Below are positions 21,301 through 31,236 of a stretch of 64,000 nucleotides of DNA, piece by piece. The stretch covers positions 9,456 to 73,455 of the forward strand of contig JAUWOY010000011.1 of assembly GCA_030611885.1 (NCBI GenBank). Direction: 5' to 3'. The position numbers were made by a program, and so were the translations under genes. Below the pieces are notes generated by a model, which saw only the letters and a program-made list of their open reading frames with translations, was not told the DNA's origin and ran no database searches. The stretch's first letter is position 1. Each line of letters begins with the position of its first letter. Source of the stretch: Chloroflexota bacterium (GTDB lineage Bacteria > Chloroflexota > Anaerolineae > VGOG01).

Positions 21301-22308
21301 TTCGATAAGGCCATTGTCCACTATCTGGCTGCCGCCGATGTATCAGCGGATGGGCCCCTGAAGGCCGATCTCCTTGAAAAGGCAGGCCAGCTCTATGAGG
21401 CTCAAGGCCAATTGGATAAGGCTATTGTCCAGTACCTGACCGCAGCGCAGGCTACGGCCGACTCTGGCACGACGCGGAGATTATACCGACGTGTGGCGGA
21501 CGTGTACCTGGCAGCCGGCAATCCAGAAGCTGCCCGGAGTCTCGTCCGGAGCGTGTTATGGAACGAGCCCCGGAACGCTGGGTCGTGGTCGCTGGCTATG
21601 GACGCTTATCCCGCTCTGATAGAGTGGTACGAAGCGCAGGAAGAAATGACCAGGGCCAGAGCGATGGCCTGGGAGCTCCTTGCCATCGTTCCCAAGCACG
21701 AAGCCGCTTTGCAGGCGTTTACTTACTATGACTTTATTGCGAACTTCAGCGCCGCCGAAGTGGAGACTGAGGAGGAGTCCTCCCCCCACGTCAAGCTCAC
21801 CGACGGATGTCGTCTATCCGCATTCACCATGCCCGCCACCGGCGATCAGCGATCGGTGCTTCTCATGTCTCCAGAGGCTCAGGTCTCTTACAGGCTCAAG
21901 ATGCCATCGGAGCCGTCGGTGCTTCGGTTCGGCCTGGCCATGAACCCTGAGACCTGGGAGCTGGGTGGAGACGGCAGCACCTTTGAGGTCTACGTGACGG
22001 ATGAAGGGGGAGCACATCGGTCGTTGTTTTCGGAGCACATCAGCAACGATCCCGAGGATCAGAAATGGCACGACCGAGAGGTGAGCCTGGCGCCTTACGC
22101 CAGTCAAGAGGTGACCATCACCTTCGTAACTCAACCGGGCCCAGGGGCCGATTCCACCGGGGACGAGGCTGGCTGGGCAACCCCGCGAGTGATGTGGGCA
22201 CGGACGGAGGAGCGGGACTTTTGGGACTATTCGGAAGAGGAGATATCGGCGGCGGATACTCTGAAGAGATCCCCGGAGTCTTTCACGACGCTGTACCCGC
22301 TGGATTGA
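18340..22308 (+). CDS. Large polytopic membrane protein (GT-C/DUF6077-like) + TPR array + C-terminal beta-sandwich domain
   Basis: About 14 TM segments in the first ~580 aa; DVRYVI…YHNDTYELYEV soluble domain; TPRs (AIAEYEAALTLDP, EKAVELNPED); C-terminal GDGSTFEV…WHDREVSLAPY…GWATPRV. Confidence 0.75.
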   Translation: MLIYALGITSLIASVAIQLGLVALPNSMLSTLISTGVLFVLPGFLFSELLLGQDKLSLIEKLATSFVLGIGLLIIPGTVLLAWRASLTSLIWVSVGTNVILIVLHMVMRPGDRQPRVVAKATGWRSVPKRMWCAIWGSKDPNLEFVLLSVVLVILIAFLLYFIKSEARMWGYGTEDGWSYAPYVRRYVDDSCLNPDGTVCPKLDGRVRLSTWLALLALVGRVSQANLNDMYWLHLTPIFAGACVLSSYTLAKTLFRRTNAALFASLVQMGYYATSMIKDTHHCYSDGLALFARIHEDKWFAVWVVFPIALVFAFRYLETRRPRYLAGFVLSAAAATIIHPMGYASLGLGLASFALVHVLSSLCPGQQLGKTKSRSVSWLHFLWHQLLRGKTKFVAFGILFVILGCLLIHPWLARQALIQAGSKAFSLEDLPNVEYLIDFYNQRRHLVMSSLDWYRARSTLLEHPVIILALLLTPALIKYLRRDWAAQFLFSNMVLPLIVIYNPLTAPLLGKLIPAGILFRVRYMLPISLVVGFVLYKLIEFLRQRLVAARVLAPQRILWSALPLCVVAGLIASLHGMIGDGISEISQWVSVNPAQRDVLEYLHDYLTEESVVLADPEQMIHHLPAFTSKTYPLIHRSWAIDSDVVDNVEYFYDAELVDRSIIDTLRRYDVRYVIIEGGSSLGLQFRLLPYLFPKIYHNDTYELYEVASELRPNHVITGNTYLVGGEWDKAIAEYEAALTLDPDCPLAHLGLSQVYQARSEMEIELAKRARATADLLAHLELNREYQALAEIEIELAEHERAMADLLARLELNREYQALAEMEKAVVELDRAVAASPENAGLHFYVGQTYANLAEMTETGAQTYLQKAAEAYRRSWALNWENTTAGEELMETCEKLETCYQQAWCQQPGMLDEVIAHFEKAVELNPEDGELQLTLARCYKAAGCYEEAIASYLAAADVAADGHTKADLFAKVGQIYEAQGQIYEAQDQFDKAIVHYLAAADVSADGPLKADLLEKAGQLYEAQGQLDKAIVQYLTAAQATADSGTTRRLYRRVADVYLAAGNPEAARSLVRSVLWNEPRNAGSWSLAMDAYPALIEWYEAQEEMTRARAMAWELLAIVPKHEAALQAFTYYDFIANFSAAEVETEEESSPHVKLTDGCRLSAFTMPATGDQRSVLLMSPEAQVSYRLKMPSEPSVLRFGLAMNPETWELGGDGSTFEVYVTDEGGAHRSLFSEHISNDPEDQKWHDREVSLAPYASQEVTITFVTQPGPGADSTGDEAGWATPRVMWARTEERDFWDYSEEEISAADTLKRSPESFTTLYPLD
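20602..20803 (+). repeat. 90-bp in-frame tandem duplication
   Basis: TATCAAGCC recurs at 20602, 20692 and 20782; 30-aa unit E(M/I)EIELA…ADLLA.LELNREYQALA. Confidence 0.9.
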
Positions 22309-22339
22309 TCCGTCCGCCAAATGCCATTTATTAAGCGCC

Positions 22340-22462
22340 GCCGGTTGAGTAGCGAAGCGTATCGAAACCACGGCGCGGTCCATGCAATGCAAAATCCATC
22401 GCAAAAGCCGCTCACGGGGTCTGGGAAATCGTTCGGAGGCTTGGGTTGAGCCTGTCGAAACC
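22340..22462. repeat. GGTTGAG…TCGAAACC repeat family, two units
   Basis: GCCGGTTGAGTAGCGAAGCGTATCGAAACC (22340-22369) and GGTTGAGCCTGTCGAAACC (22444-22462); a related copy lies at 58757. Confidence 0.7.
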
Positions 22463-24614
22463 TATGAATCCAATGAAATCACTGCGAAATCAAGCGCCCA
22501 ATATCCTGCTTCTCCTACTCTATCCTGCATTTCTCCTTCCAAACATTCCAGTCGCGATAGACCTGAAGGTATACCTGGGCCTGATCTCCCTTTTCGTGAT
22601 CCCCGGCTATATCCTGGTCAACCTCATAGCCAGGGAGCGGCTGTCCAATCTGGGCTTCCTGGAAAGAACGGTCATCTATCTGGGCGGTTCGTTAAGCTTG
22701 ATGTTAATTCCCTGGCTGCTGGTCTACTTCGCAGGGCTTTCGATTACCGTTGCTTTTTGGGGCATCTGTGCGCTCGGTGTTCTGGGGCTGATATCACTGG
22801 CCCTGGTGAAACGCCCTTCGAGCGATCTGGCGGGCGTCGGCGGCGCTTTTGCAGTTTCCTGGGACTCTCTCATTATCTCTCTCTTTATCGTTGCCTGCAT
22901 GCTTGGCACTTACGCCTTCGGCGCAAAAATCGAGGGCGATGAGACCTCTTTCAGGGCTTACATGAGGAACATATACCATGGCGAAATCGCTCCCGAGGAA
23001 AACGTTCAGGCTGAGTGGGAGCGAGACTACAGGGGAATCGCGTATAGACATCCCTTGCTATTGTTGTCCTACGCAGCAACCGCAAAAGCCATCGCGGTAG
23101 ACCCAGATGCGGTATGGGTGCGGGCGCCGTCTTTTTTTACTTTCTTCTTCCTCGCCGTCAACTATGGCTTAGCCAAATTCATCTTTAAGAAGCGCCGCAT
23201 CGCTTACCTGGCGCTTGTCCTGTCACCCATCGTTCTCGCCAGTTCACTGGGTCCCCCGGCTCTGGTTCTCCCGTCTCTGGTTGGCCCGCATCTTCTGTCC
23301 AATTCCGTCTTTCTGCCTTCGGCCATCCTATTTGCCCTGTGGTATATGCTGGATGATGACCCCCACCCGCTTTTTCTGCTGCTTCCCGCGCTTCTGGCTG
23401 TCGTGCTAACTGTGGAGCACACGCAGCATTTTTTCTTTTTTCTGCTAGCGCTGGGCTCTTTTGGAGTGGTGCGGTTGATTCTGGAGAGGAGGCTCACAAC
23501 CGATGTCTGGAAGAACGGACAGATAATCCTGCTCTCCATCCTCTTGTCATTACCCTATCTCCTGGCCATGCGATTGTGGGCCTCTCAGGTTCAGCATGAT
23601 TCAGCCAGACTGGCGGCAGCGGTACTGGCGTCTGGAAGGAGACGTTTTTTCGGAATCCCTAATTTCTACATCGTCCATCCATACAGGTTGCTGAGAACAA
23701 ATCCCGGGTTGATCCCATGGATCCTGATCGGCGTGCTCTTTTATCGTAAGCGGTTCTACAGGACGGCAGGAGGTAGTTTCCTGCTCTCGAACCTTGCTGT
23801 GGTGACATTCATAGGGTTGAATCCCATATTGGCGCCACTGGTATCCCATCTCGTCGAGCCTCGGGTCGTGTTTCGACTTGGCGACCTGATGCCCGTGCTC
23901 CCGATTGCCAGCTTCTGCCTCTACAGGGCCTGGGTGACACTGGCACGATCCTGCAAAAGAGATCGAATTGATTTTGGCGGATTGCTACAGAAGGGGAAGA
24001 ACCGGTGCGCCTTGATACTGATCCTCCTGGCCTTGCCCGCTTTCGGCTCACAGGTCTCTCTGATGAGTTTTAACACTATCGAGTGGAGAATCAGGCAAAG
24101 CTTCTTCTCGCCGAAGGGAGCCAGCCCTAATTGGCTGGATAACAGGCTTAGAGCCGCCGTCGAGAGCAGGCTGGTAGAGAACCCTTTCTATCTGTTCGTG
24201 GAACCACCACGTATTGCTCTGTTCCTCGACCGTTCCATCCTGGAGTTCATCGAAGATGAGATTGAAGATAACTCCGTGTTTCTGTCTGAACACGTGGTTG
24301 AAGCGATGCTGCCTGCCTATGCCAACCAACTGGCTTTCCTGGGTCGGTATGCTGCTCCAGGCCTGGATTTCGACCCGGCCCACGATACAAGCACACGCCC
24401 GCCAGTACGAGAAAGGCGGGCTGCGGCATATACAATTCTGTCCCCAGAGACCAGCGTTTCGCAGGTCGAGGCGCTATTGGAGCAATATCGTGACGAGATA
24501 GATTACGTGCTCGTAACTCCCAAGAAAGCCTTCTTGCGCTCAAAGCTTGATGAGATAGATTTCACCAAGAAGATATATGACCAGAATGGGTTGGCGCTCT
24601 ACGAAATCAGGTAA
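22446..24614 (+). CDS. Polytopic membrane protein (GT-C/DUF6077-like), paralog of the 18340 N-terminal region
   Basis: FVIPG, FLLSNL…NPILAPL, DYVLV…YDQNGLALYEI align by eye with the 18340 protein; start uncertain. Confidence 0.7.
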   Translation: MSLSKPMNPMKSLRNQAPNILLLLLYPAFLLPNIPVAIDLKVYLGLISLFVIPGYILVNLIARERLSNLGFLERTVIYLGGSLSLMLIPWLLVYFAGLSITVAFWGICALGVLGLISLALVKRPSSDLAGVGGAFAVSWDSLIISLFIVACMLGTYAFGAKIEGDETSFRAYMRNIYHGEIAPEENVQAEWERDYRGIAYRHPLLLLSYAATAKAIAVDPDAVWVRAPSFFTFFFLAVNYGLAKFIFKKRRIAYLALVLSPIVLASSLGPPALVLPSLVGPHLLSNSVFLPSAILFALWYMLDDDPHPLFLLLPALLAVVLTVEHTQHFFFFLLALGSFGVVRLILERRLTTDVWKNGQIILLSILLSLPYLLAMRLWASQVQHDSARLAAAVLASGRRRFFGIPNFYIVHPYRLLRTNPGLIPWILIGVLFYRKRFYRTAGGSFLLSNLAVVTFIGLNPILAPLVSHLVEPRVVFRLGDLMPVLPIASFCLYRAWVTLARSCKRDRIDFGGLLQKGKNRCALILILLALPAFGSQVSLMSFNTIEWRIRQSFFSPKGASPNWLDNRLRAAVESRLVENPFYLFVEPPRIALFLDRSILEFIEDEIEDNSVFLSEHVVEAMLPAYANQLAFLGRYAAPGLDFDPAHDTSTRPPVRERRAAAYTILSPETSVSQVEALLEQYRDEIDYVLVTPKKAFLRSKLDEIDFTKKIYDQNGLALYEIR

Positions 24615-24619
24615 AAAGC

Positions 24620-26152
24620 GTGGCTGAGGATTCCATCGCTGCCCAGGCCGTGCGCGGTTCGGCCTTCACCATCATCGCTTCGGGGATAACTACAGTCTCC
24701 GGCTTTGCGCGCTCGGTGCTGTTGGCCCGGCTGCTGCTGCCCGAACACTTCGGCGTGGTGACGCTGGCACTGTTCTTCCTTTCCCTCACCACACAGGTGC
24801 AGCGCTTTGGTTTTAACAAGGCTTTCATCCACCGTGACGACAATTCGCCGGTCAATCTGACCACCTTCGCCTCGCTAAGCGTGGGGTTCGCAGGTGTTGC
24901 AGTGGTGCTGGCTCTTGTGGCAGCGCCGGTCTTGACGCGGCTGTATCCTGAGCAATCGGCGTTGGCTCCTGTGCTGGTTGTGCTGGCTCTGTTCGAGATG
25001 ATGCAGGCCTTCAACAGCGTGACTGACGCTATCCTGGTCAAAGACCTGCGGTTTCGAAGATTGGCAGCTCTGGATGTAGCCAGCTCACTGACGATGACAG
25101 TTGTGGCTCCTGTCGTGGCGCTAGCGGGCGGTGGGGTGTGGGCATTGGTAACAGAGAGAGTAACTGGAGTGCTGGTTCGTACGGCAGGGCTGTGGCTGTT
25201 CCGGCGGCCATGGCATCCTACCTTTGGCATCAGTCGTGCGCTGGCTCGCTGGTATCTGCGATTTGGTGTTTTACTTTTTGTCAATGACGGTCTGGCTTTT
25301 CTGCTCGACCAATTCGATGACTTCTGGACGGGCACATTTCTGGGAGCCACGGCTCTCGGATTCTATTCGCGAGCCTACGAATTCGCGCGCTACCCACGAC
25401 GCATACTCTCCGGCCCGCTGGTAAGAGTTTTTTTCCCCACTTTTGCCAGTCTTCAGAAGGATCGGTTACGGCTATCCAAGGCTTTCTATCGGGTATGTAG
25501 CGCCATTGTACGCGTGGGATTCCTGGCTTTCGGATCCTTCGCTATGGTGGCGCCCGAATTCATCCATATCTTTTTGGGCGACAAGTGGATGCCGATGGCC
25601 TTTACCTTTCAGTTAATGCTGATTTATAGCCTGCTCGATCCGTTAATCGCCATTTGCACTTACCTTCTGGCAGCCGTAGGACAGCCGCAAACCGTGACCA
25701 AGATTCAACCTGTCCGGTTGATCGTTTTCATTCCATCGGTATTTCTCTTGGGAAGAAAGTTCGGGATCAACGGGGTGGCCGTGGCCGCAGATCTGATGTT
25801 GCTCATTGGCCTGGCATTGCTCTTTTGGCAAGCCCGTCGCTTTGTGGACTTTTCCTTGTGGCGGATGTTCCTGGTGCCATCACTAGGGCTTAGCCTTGCA
25901 GGCCTGGCGGCGCTGGGAGTACAGCACTTAGTTCCTTTGCCCGGCGACTGGTGGAGGTTGATTGGTAAGGTAATTGTGGCTTTCGTTGTCTACTCCAGCG
26001 TCTCGTTACTGTTGGAAAGGCAGGAATATGTCCGCATAGTCCAACTTGGATGGCGGTTGATATTCAGTCAAGCGTCTGTATCGTCTTCTGTAGCTCCTAT
26101 TCTTCCTGCGTCGAAGGATGTACATGCAAAGGAGTTTCCAGACACGGATTAA
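24620..26152 (+). CDS. Wzx-type flippase 2
   Basis: ARLLLPEHFG, LGFYSRAY, many TM segments. Confidence 0.9.
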   Translation: MAEDSIAAQAVRGSAFTIIASGITTVSGFARSVLLARLLLPEHFGVVTLALFFLSLTTQVQRFGFNKAFIHRDDNSPVNLTTFASLSVGFAGVAVVLALVAAPVLTRLYPEQSALAPVLVVLALFEMMQAFNSVTDAILVKDLRFRRLAALDVASSLTMTVVAPVVALAGGGVWALVTERVTGVLVRTAGLWLFRRPWHPTFGISRALARWYLRFGVLLFVNDGLAFLLDQFDDFWTGTFLGATALGFYSRAYEFARYPRRILSGPLVRVFFPTFASLQKDRLRLSKAFYRVCSAIVRVGFLAFGSFAMVAPEFIHIFLGDKWMPMAFTFQLMLIYSLLDPLIAICTYLLAAVGQPQTVTKIQPVRLIVFIPSVFLLGRKFGINGVAVAADLMLLIGLALLFWQARRFVDFSLWRMFLVPSLGLSLAGLAALGVQHLVPLPGDWWRLIGKVIVAFVVYSSVSLLLERQEYVRIVQLGWRLIFSQASVSSSVAPILPASKDVHAKEFPDTD

Positions 26153-26236
26153 AGTGCTTTGGCAGGCGAGTAGTCTCCCTCGGTGAACAGCGATTTGTTC
26201 GAAACAATTGGGTTCAGTGGAGAAAGGGGCCAAATC

Positions 26237-27313
26237 ATGACAATAAATATCACAAAGTCTTTCTTGCCTCCGTTCGAAACGTATTCAGCTTACTTGAAAA
26301 AGATTTGGGAGTCCAATTGGTTAACGAATAATGGGCCGCTACTACAGGAATTAGAACAGCGGCTCAAAGAATACTTGGGCGTTAAGCATCTGTTTATCGT
26401 GTCAAATGGGACAATATCGCTTCAAATAGCTATAAAGGTACTTAACCTCACAGGCGAAATCATCACCACGCCATTTTCCTACGTCGCCACAGTATCAAGT
26501 ATCGTTTGGGAGAATTGCGTACCAGTTTTTGTCGATATCGACCCAGAAACTTTATGCTTAGATCCAAGGAATATTGAGGCAGCGATAACGCCTAAGACTC
26601 AGGCAATTATGGGAGTGCATGTCTATGGAAATCCTTGCGATGTCCTAGAAATTGAGAAAATAGCAACAAAGCACAATTTGAAGGTCATTTATGACGCAGC
26701 CCACGCGTTTGGGGTAAAGCTTAATGGCAAGTCAGTATTGAATTATGGCGATGTTTCTTCGCTAAGTTTTCACGCGACAAAGTTGTTCCATACCGTCGAA
26801 GGTGGCGCACTCATTACCGACAGCAATGAGCTGGCACACAAGATAAACTATGCTAGACATAATGGACATAAATCTCCAGAGGAATTCTATGGCCTAGGTA
26901 TCAATGCCAAAAACTCGGAATTTCACGCCGCTATGGGATTAAGTATTTTGCCTTCAGTGCAAAGAATAATTCGCAAACGAAAATCTGTTTGTGAACTATA
27001 CGACGCCTACTTTGCGGGTACGAATTTGCGAAGGCCAGTGATACCAGAAAACGTTGAGTACAACTATGCTTACTACCCGGTTATTCTTGAATCAGAAGCC
27101 CAACTCTTAAGGGTCAGAGAACGGTTGGTCGAAAACGACATCCATCCAAGAAGGTATTTCTATCCTCCGTTAAACACACTAAACTATGTGACATTCAGGG
27201 AGACCAAAATGGCCACTGACATTTCTTCCAGGGTTCTCTCTTTACCTCTATACCCGGATTTGCCAGAAGAGGATGTGAGGCGAATAGCCGGTCTTGTTTT
27301 GGAGGAACTGTAA
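26237..27313 (+). CDS. VioA-like dTDP-4-amino-4,6-dideoxyhexose aminotransferase
   Basis: WLTNNGP, YDAAHAFG, SFHATKLFHTVEGG, RRYFYP. Confidence 0.85.
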   Translation: MTINITKSFLPPFETYSAYLKKIWESNWLTNNGPLLQELEQRLKEYLGVKHLFIVSNGTISLQIAIKVLNLTGEIITTPFSYVATVSSIVWENCVPVFVDIDPETLCLDPRNIEAAITPKTQAIMGVHVYGNPCDVLEIEKIATKHNLKVIYDAAHAFGVKLNGKSVLNYGDVSSLSFHATKLFHTVEGGALITDSNELAHKINYARHNGHKSPEEFYGLGINAKNSEFHAAMGLSILPSVQRIIRKRKSVCELYDAYFAGTNLRRPVIPENVEYNYAYYPVILESEAQLLRVRERLVENDIHPRRYFYPPLNTLNYVTFRETKMATDISSRVLSLPLYPDLPEEDVRRIAGLVLEEL

Positions 27314-27894
27314 TGGCTTTTCTGGGTCAAGAGGAGCTAGACGGAATAGGATTCAAATACCTGGGTAAGAAAGTCCTGATTTCGGATAAAGCCTCGATTC
27401 ATAATCCGGCCCAAATAGAGATCGGTGATTTTTCAAGGATTGACGATTTCTGTGTCCTATCGGCAGGTTCAGGCGGAATAAGAATTGGTAGAAACGTCCA
27501 TATAGCTGTATACACTTCGCTGATTGGTAGGGGCAAGATAACCATAGAGGACTTTGCTAATTTGAGTTCAAAGGTGGCAGTTTATTCCAGCAATGATGAC
27601 TACAGCGGGGAGTTTATGGCAAACCCAACGGTAGATGAGAGGTTTACGAAAGTGACACACGGGGATGTATTCATTGGTAAACACGTAATCATTGGAGCCG
27701 GCAGTGTTATATTACCAAATGTTCAGATAGAGGAAGGCGCATGCGTTGGTGCACTTTCATTGGTAAAAGATGACTGTCAAGCGTTTTGTATATATGGCGG
27801 AGTACCTGCCAGATTCTTGAAAACACGGACTAGAAGACTGTTGGAACTCGAGAAAGAATTCTTGGCTTACCAATCTGAGGATAGTTCTGCATGA
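27313..27894 (+). CDS. VioB-like acetyltransferase
   Basis: SRIDDFCVLS, SSNDDYSG, hexapeptide repeats, YGGVPAR. Confidence 0.85.
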   Translation: MAFLGQEELDGIGFKYLGKKVLISDKASIHNPAQIEIGDFSRIDDFCVLSAGSGGIRIGRNVHIAVYTSLIGRGKITIEDFANLSSKVAVYSSNDDYSGEFMANPTVDERFTKVTHGDVFIGKHVIIGAGSVILPNVQIEEGACVGALSLVKDDCQAFCIYGGVPARFLKTRTRRLLELEKEFLAYQSEDSSA

Positions 27895-28997
27895 AGAAGA
27901 AGCTCGTATTCATCAGCAATATGGCGGCTCCATACCAAGTAAAATTTTGCTATGCGTTACAAAAGTACTTCGATGCTGAGTTCTGGTTTCACGTCTATTT
28001 AGAACCTCACAGGCCAGGCTGGTGGGAAATCGAACTTGGAGAAAAATGCCGGATCTTAAACAGGGTTGTTTTCAGAAGAAGCCGCAGATACTTATCGTTG
28101 GACATAATCAAAGAGCTAAACAGATTTGATCCGGGCCTTGTCGTTTTGGGTGGGTTTGCTCTCCCTTCAGTGATTGTAGCATATTACTGGGCCAAACTTT
28201 TCAATAAAAAGGTCGTGATGTTTACCGAAATATCCCGCAACAGACGTGGTATTGTTAGAAAGAAAGGCTTCTTCACGAAGTTTGTAAAGTTCCTGTACAA
28301 GGATATAGATGCAATACTGACTTCTGCCGTCGAGGGCACAGAGCAATTCAGAGATGTGTTTGGATTTGGCGATCGAGTTTTCACAGCCCAATACCCATCT
28401 GATATTGACGAACAACTGAAGCATCCACTGAGAGCAAAGACAGGACCTTACGTATACCTCTATGCAAATAGATTAACAGCAATCTATAATCCCATTTTGG
28501 CAATAGAGATTTTCGATGTTGTTCGAAAAGAATATCCTGGCTCCAAGCTGCTTATGAATGCTTCTGGCGAACTACTTGACCAATGCCAATCGAGGATTAG
28601 AGAATTAGGGCTGTTTACCGAGATAGAGTTTTTGGATCAGATTGAGTCTTGGAATGATTTGCACAAAGTCTACCGACGCAGTGATATCCTCGTCCTACCG
28701 GCGGTTTTCAGTGCTGGTAATCTGACGATTATCGAATCGATGGCTTCTGGCATGGGCATTGTCGTCAGCAACAAGGTTCTTGGTCCTGGTATAGATTATA
28801 TTGAGAATGGCAAGAATGGGTTTATCTGTGATCCAAATGTTGATGACTTCGTAAAGGCAATTGATACCTACAACAAGAATCCGATTCTACTCAAAACTCA
28901 CGCAAAGATTAATAAAGAAATAGTCAAGAAATATTCAATTGCTCAAACGGCGGTTCTATGGTATGGATTGCTGAGCAGCGTTGTTCCCGAACAATGA
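27891..28997 (+). CDS. GT4 glycosyltransferase
   Basis: APYQ N-terminus; DILVLP…ESMASG…NGKNG. Confidence 0.85.
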   Translation: MKKKLVFISNMAAPYQVKFCYALQKYFDAEFWFHVYLEPHRPGWWEIELGEKCRILNRVVFRRSRRYLSLDIIKELNRFDPGLVVLGGFALPSVIVAYYWAKLFNKKVVMFTEISRNRRGIVRKKGFFTKFVKFLYKDIDAILTSAVEGTEQFRDVFGFGDRVFTAQYPSDIDEQLKHPLRAKTGPYVYLYANRLTAIYNPILAIEIFDVVRKEYPGSKLLMNASGELLDQCQSRIRELGLFTEIEFLDQIESWNDLHKVYRRSDILVLPAVFSAGNLTIIESMASGMGIVVSNKVLGPGIDYIENGKNGFICDPNVDDFVKAIDTYNKNPILLKTHAKINKEIVKKYSIAQTAVLWYGLLSSVVPEQ

Positions 28998-30112
28998 GTG
29001 TGTATGAGACAGTTATGCACCCCCTGATCATCACCGCCCTCTACCCCCCCGCCGTCGGCGGCGCGGCTACTTATTTTGGCAGCGTCGTGCCCCGCTTGGC
29101 TCAACGCAACGAGATCGAGCAACTGACCGTGCTGACCGAGCGCATGCCCGGTCAGCCCCGCCAGCAGATCAATGGCAAGCTGCGACTGTTGCGCCACCTG
29201 CCCACCCGAACCAGCCTGACACAGCGCCACTGGCTGACCCACGCGGCGACCTACGTGCTGACTCAAGCCTGGTTCACGGCTCGCCTACCTGGTCTGGTAC
29301 ACCACCACCGCGTAGACCTGATCCATTTCCACACCCGTTTCCGCGGCCGGCTGTTCTATGCCTCACTGCGACACAGTGGTGCGCCAGTGATTGCTGACCT
29401 CCGTGACAAGATGACCAATCCGGCGCTACTGGTGGATGTGGCCGACCTGCTGCTGTGCTGCGGTGAGGGCGTGCAGCGCTTCGCCATTGAGGGGGGCTTT
29501 CCCAGCGAGCGGACGGTGCTGGTTCCCAACGCTTTCGTGCCACCGGATATTCCATCGCCCCAGTTGATTTCCAACGTCCGTCGGCGTTACAAGTTAAGTG
29601 AGAGGCCCTATTTGCTCTTCGTAGGTGATATCACCTATAACAAGGGCGTCTATGATTTTCTGGAGGCATATCGGCGTTGGGGATCTGAGCACCCTCAGGT
29701 CCAACTCATCCTCGCCGGCACCAACCGCGAGGGAGCGCGCTTTCTGGACCAGGTGCGGCAAGCTCCAGGAGTAATCTACCTGGGCCATGTGCCGCACCAA
29801 GATGCGCTGGCCCTGATGCGCGGCACCGAGATCGTAGTCTTGCCTTCCCGCTCTGAGGGGCTACCGACAGTGATCCTGGAATCGGTGGCTTTGGGTACCA
29901 AGGTCATCTGCCCGCCGGGGATACCGGAGTTTGAGCGGCATTTGCCTCGGTTTGTGCTGCCTGAGGTGGATGTGGATTCTATCATCACGATGTTGAACGC
30001 CATTTGGCGTTGCGACGACCTGCCCTCGTATCCTCTCTCCGAGCACAGGGTGCACCGTGTTGTTGAGGAACTGACGAATGTTTATCGCGAGATGGTGAAA
30101 GCGAGAGAATGA
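28994..30112 (+). CDS. GT4 glycosyltransferase
   Basis: YPPAVGG, FVGD…KG, PSRSEGLPTVILE; start could also be 29014. Confidence 0.85.
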   Translation: MSVYETVMHPLIITALYPPAVGGAATYFGSVVPRLAQRNEIEQLTVLTERMPGQPRQQINGKLRLLRHLPTRTSLTQRHWLTHAATYVLTQAWFTARLPGLVHHHRVDLIHFHTRFRGRLFYASLRHSGAPVIADLRDKMTNPALLVDVADLLLCCGEGVQRFAIEGGFPSERTVLVPNAFVPPDIPSPQLISNVRRRYKLSERPYLLFVGDITYNKGVYDFLEAYRRWGSEHPQVQLILAGTNREGARFLDQVRQAPGVIYLGHVPHQDALALMRGTEIVVLPSRSEGLPTVILESVALGTKVICPPGIPEFERHLPRFVLPEVDVDSIITMLNAIWRCDDLPSYPLSEHRVHRVVEELTNVYREMVKARE

Positions 30113-31236
30113 GCATGCGCCTGATTTTGGATGCCCGCACCGCTACCAGCCACTTCCCCGGCATCGGCCGCTACGTGGTTAACCTGGCCCGTGCGATGGT
30201 GCCGCTTCTGGACGAGGATGAGCGGCTGATCCTGCTGCGCGACCTCATCCAGCCTTCACGTTGGGACCTGACAACCTTGACAGAGGAGCGAGTGCAAATA
30301 GTGGATGTTCCCGCCTCCCCCTTCTCACTTCACCAGCAGTGGATCATCCCGCGCTTGCTGCGCCGCCTGGGGGCCGACGTTTACCACAGTCCCTACTACC
30401 TGATGCCCTACCGACCCCAGCTACCAACAGTAGTGACGGTGTATGACCTGATCCCTCTCCTCTTTCCACAGCACGTTTCTCCCACAGCCCGTTTGCTGTT
30501 CCGATGGATGACAGCCCTGGCCCTGCGGACGGCATCCCGCGTCATCGTAATCTCCCAGGCCACCCGTCGTGACTTGCTGACCCTTTACCATCTCCCTCCA
30601 CAAAAGGTCACAGCCATCCCCCTGGCGGCCGACCCAGGCTTCCATCCACCGCCTCCCACCGAAGTGGAGCGAGTGCGTCGCAAATATGCCCTTCCAGAAG
30701 ACTACCTCCTCTACCTGGGCATCAACAAGCCTCACAAGAACCTGGTTCGCCTGATTGATGCTTTCTCACGCATCACGTTTCACGTTTCACGTTTCACGCT
30801 CGTCATCGCCGGCGCCTGGGACTCTCGCTACCCTGAACCACGGCAGCGAGCGGAGGCCCTGGGGCTTGAAAACGTCGTCCGTTTCCTGGGGCCGGTGCTG
30901 GAGGCAGACCTGCCGGCTCTCTATGCCGGTGCTGCCCTATTTGTGTTCCCCTCCCTCTACGAGGGCTTCGGCCTGCCGGTGCTGGAGGCCATGGCCTGCG
31001 GGACGCCGGTAGTCTGCTCGAATACATCCAGCCTGCCGGAGATCATGGGCGAGGCTGCGCTGACCTTCGATCCTCTCAATGTTAAGGAGATGGCGGCCAA
31101 GATTGAGGAGGCTTTGGGTGATGAGTCGCTGCGAGGGGAGATGAGAGAGAAGGGCCTACGGCAGGCGGCGAAGTTCTCCTGGGAGAGAACGGCACGGGAG
31201 ACGTTGGAGGTTTATAGAGAGGCAGCGAGCCATTGA
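30109..31236 (+). CDS. GT4 glycosyltransferase (mannosyltransferase-like)
   Basis: GIGRY, PHKN, FPSLYEGFGLPVLEAMACG. Confidence 0.9.
   Translation: MSMRLILDARTATSHFPGIGRYVVNLARAMVPLLDEDERLILLRDLIQPSRWDLTTLTEERVQIVDVPASPFSLHQQWIIPRLLRRLGADVYHSPYYLMPYRPQLPTVVTVYDLIPLLFPQHVSPTARLLFRWMTALALRTASRVIVISQATRRDLLTLYHLPPQKVTAIPLAADPGFHPPPPTEVERVRRKYALPEDYLLYLGINKPHKNLVRLIDAFSRITFHVSRFTLVIAGAWDSRYPEPRQRAEALGLENVVRFLGPVLEADLPALYAGAALFVFPSLYEGFGLPVLEAMACGTPVVCSNTSSLPEIMGEAALTFDPLNVKEMAAKIEEALGDESLRGEMREKGLRQAAKFSWERTARETLEVYREAASH
30766..30800 (+). repeat. Heptamer array TCACGTT x5 inside the GT4 gene
   Basis: TCACGCA (TCACGTT)3 TCACGCT encodes SRITFHVSRFT. Confidence 0.9.
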
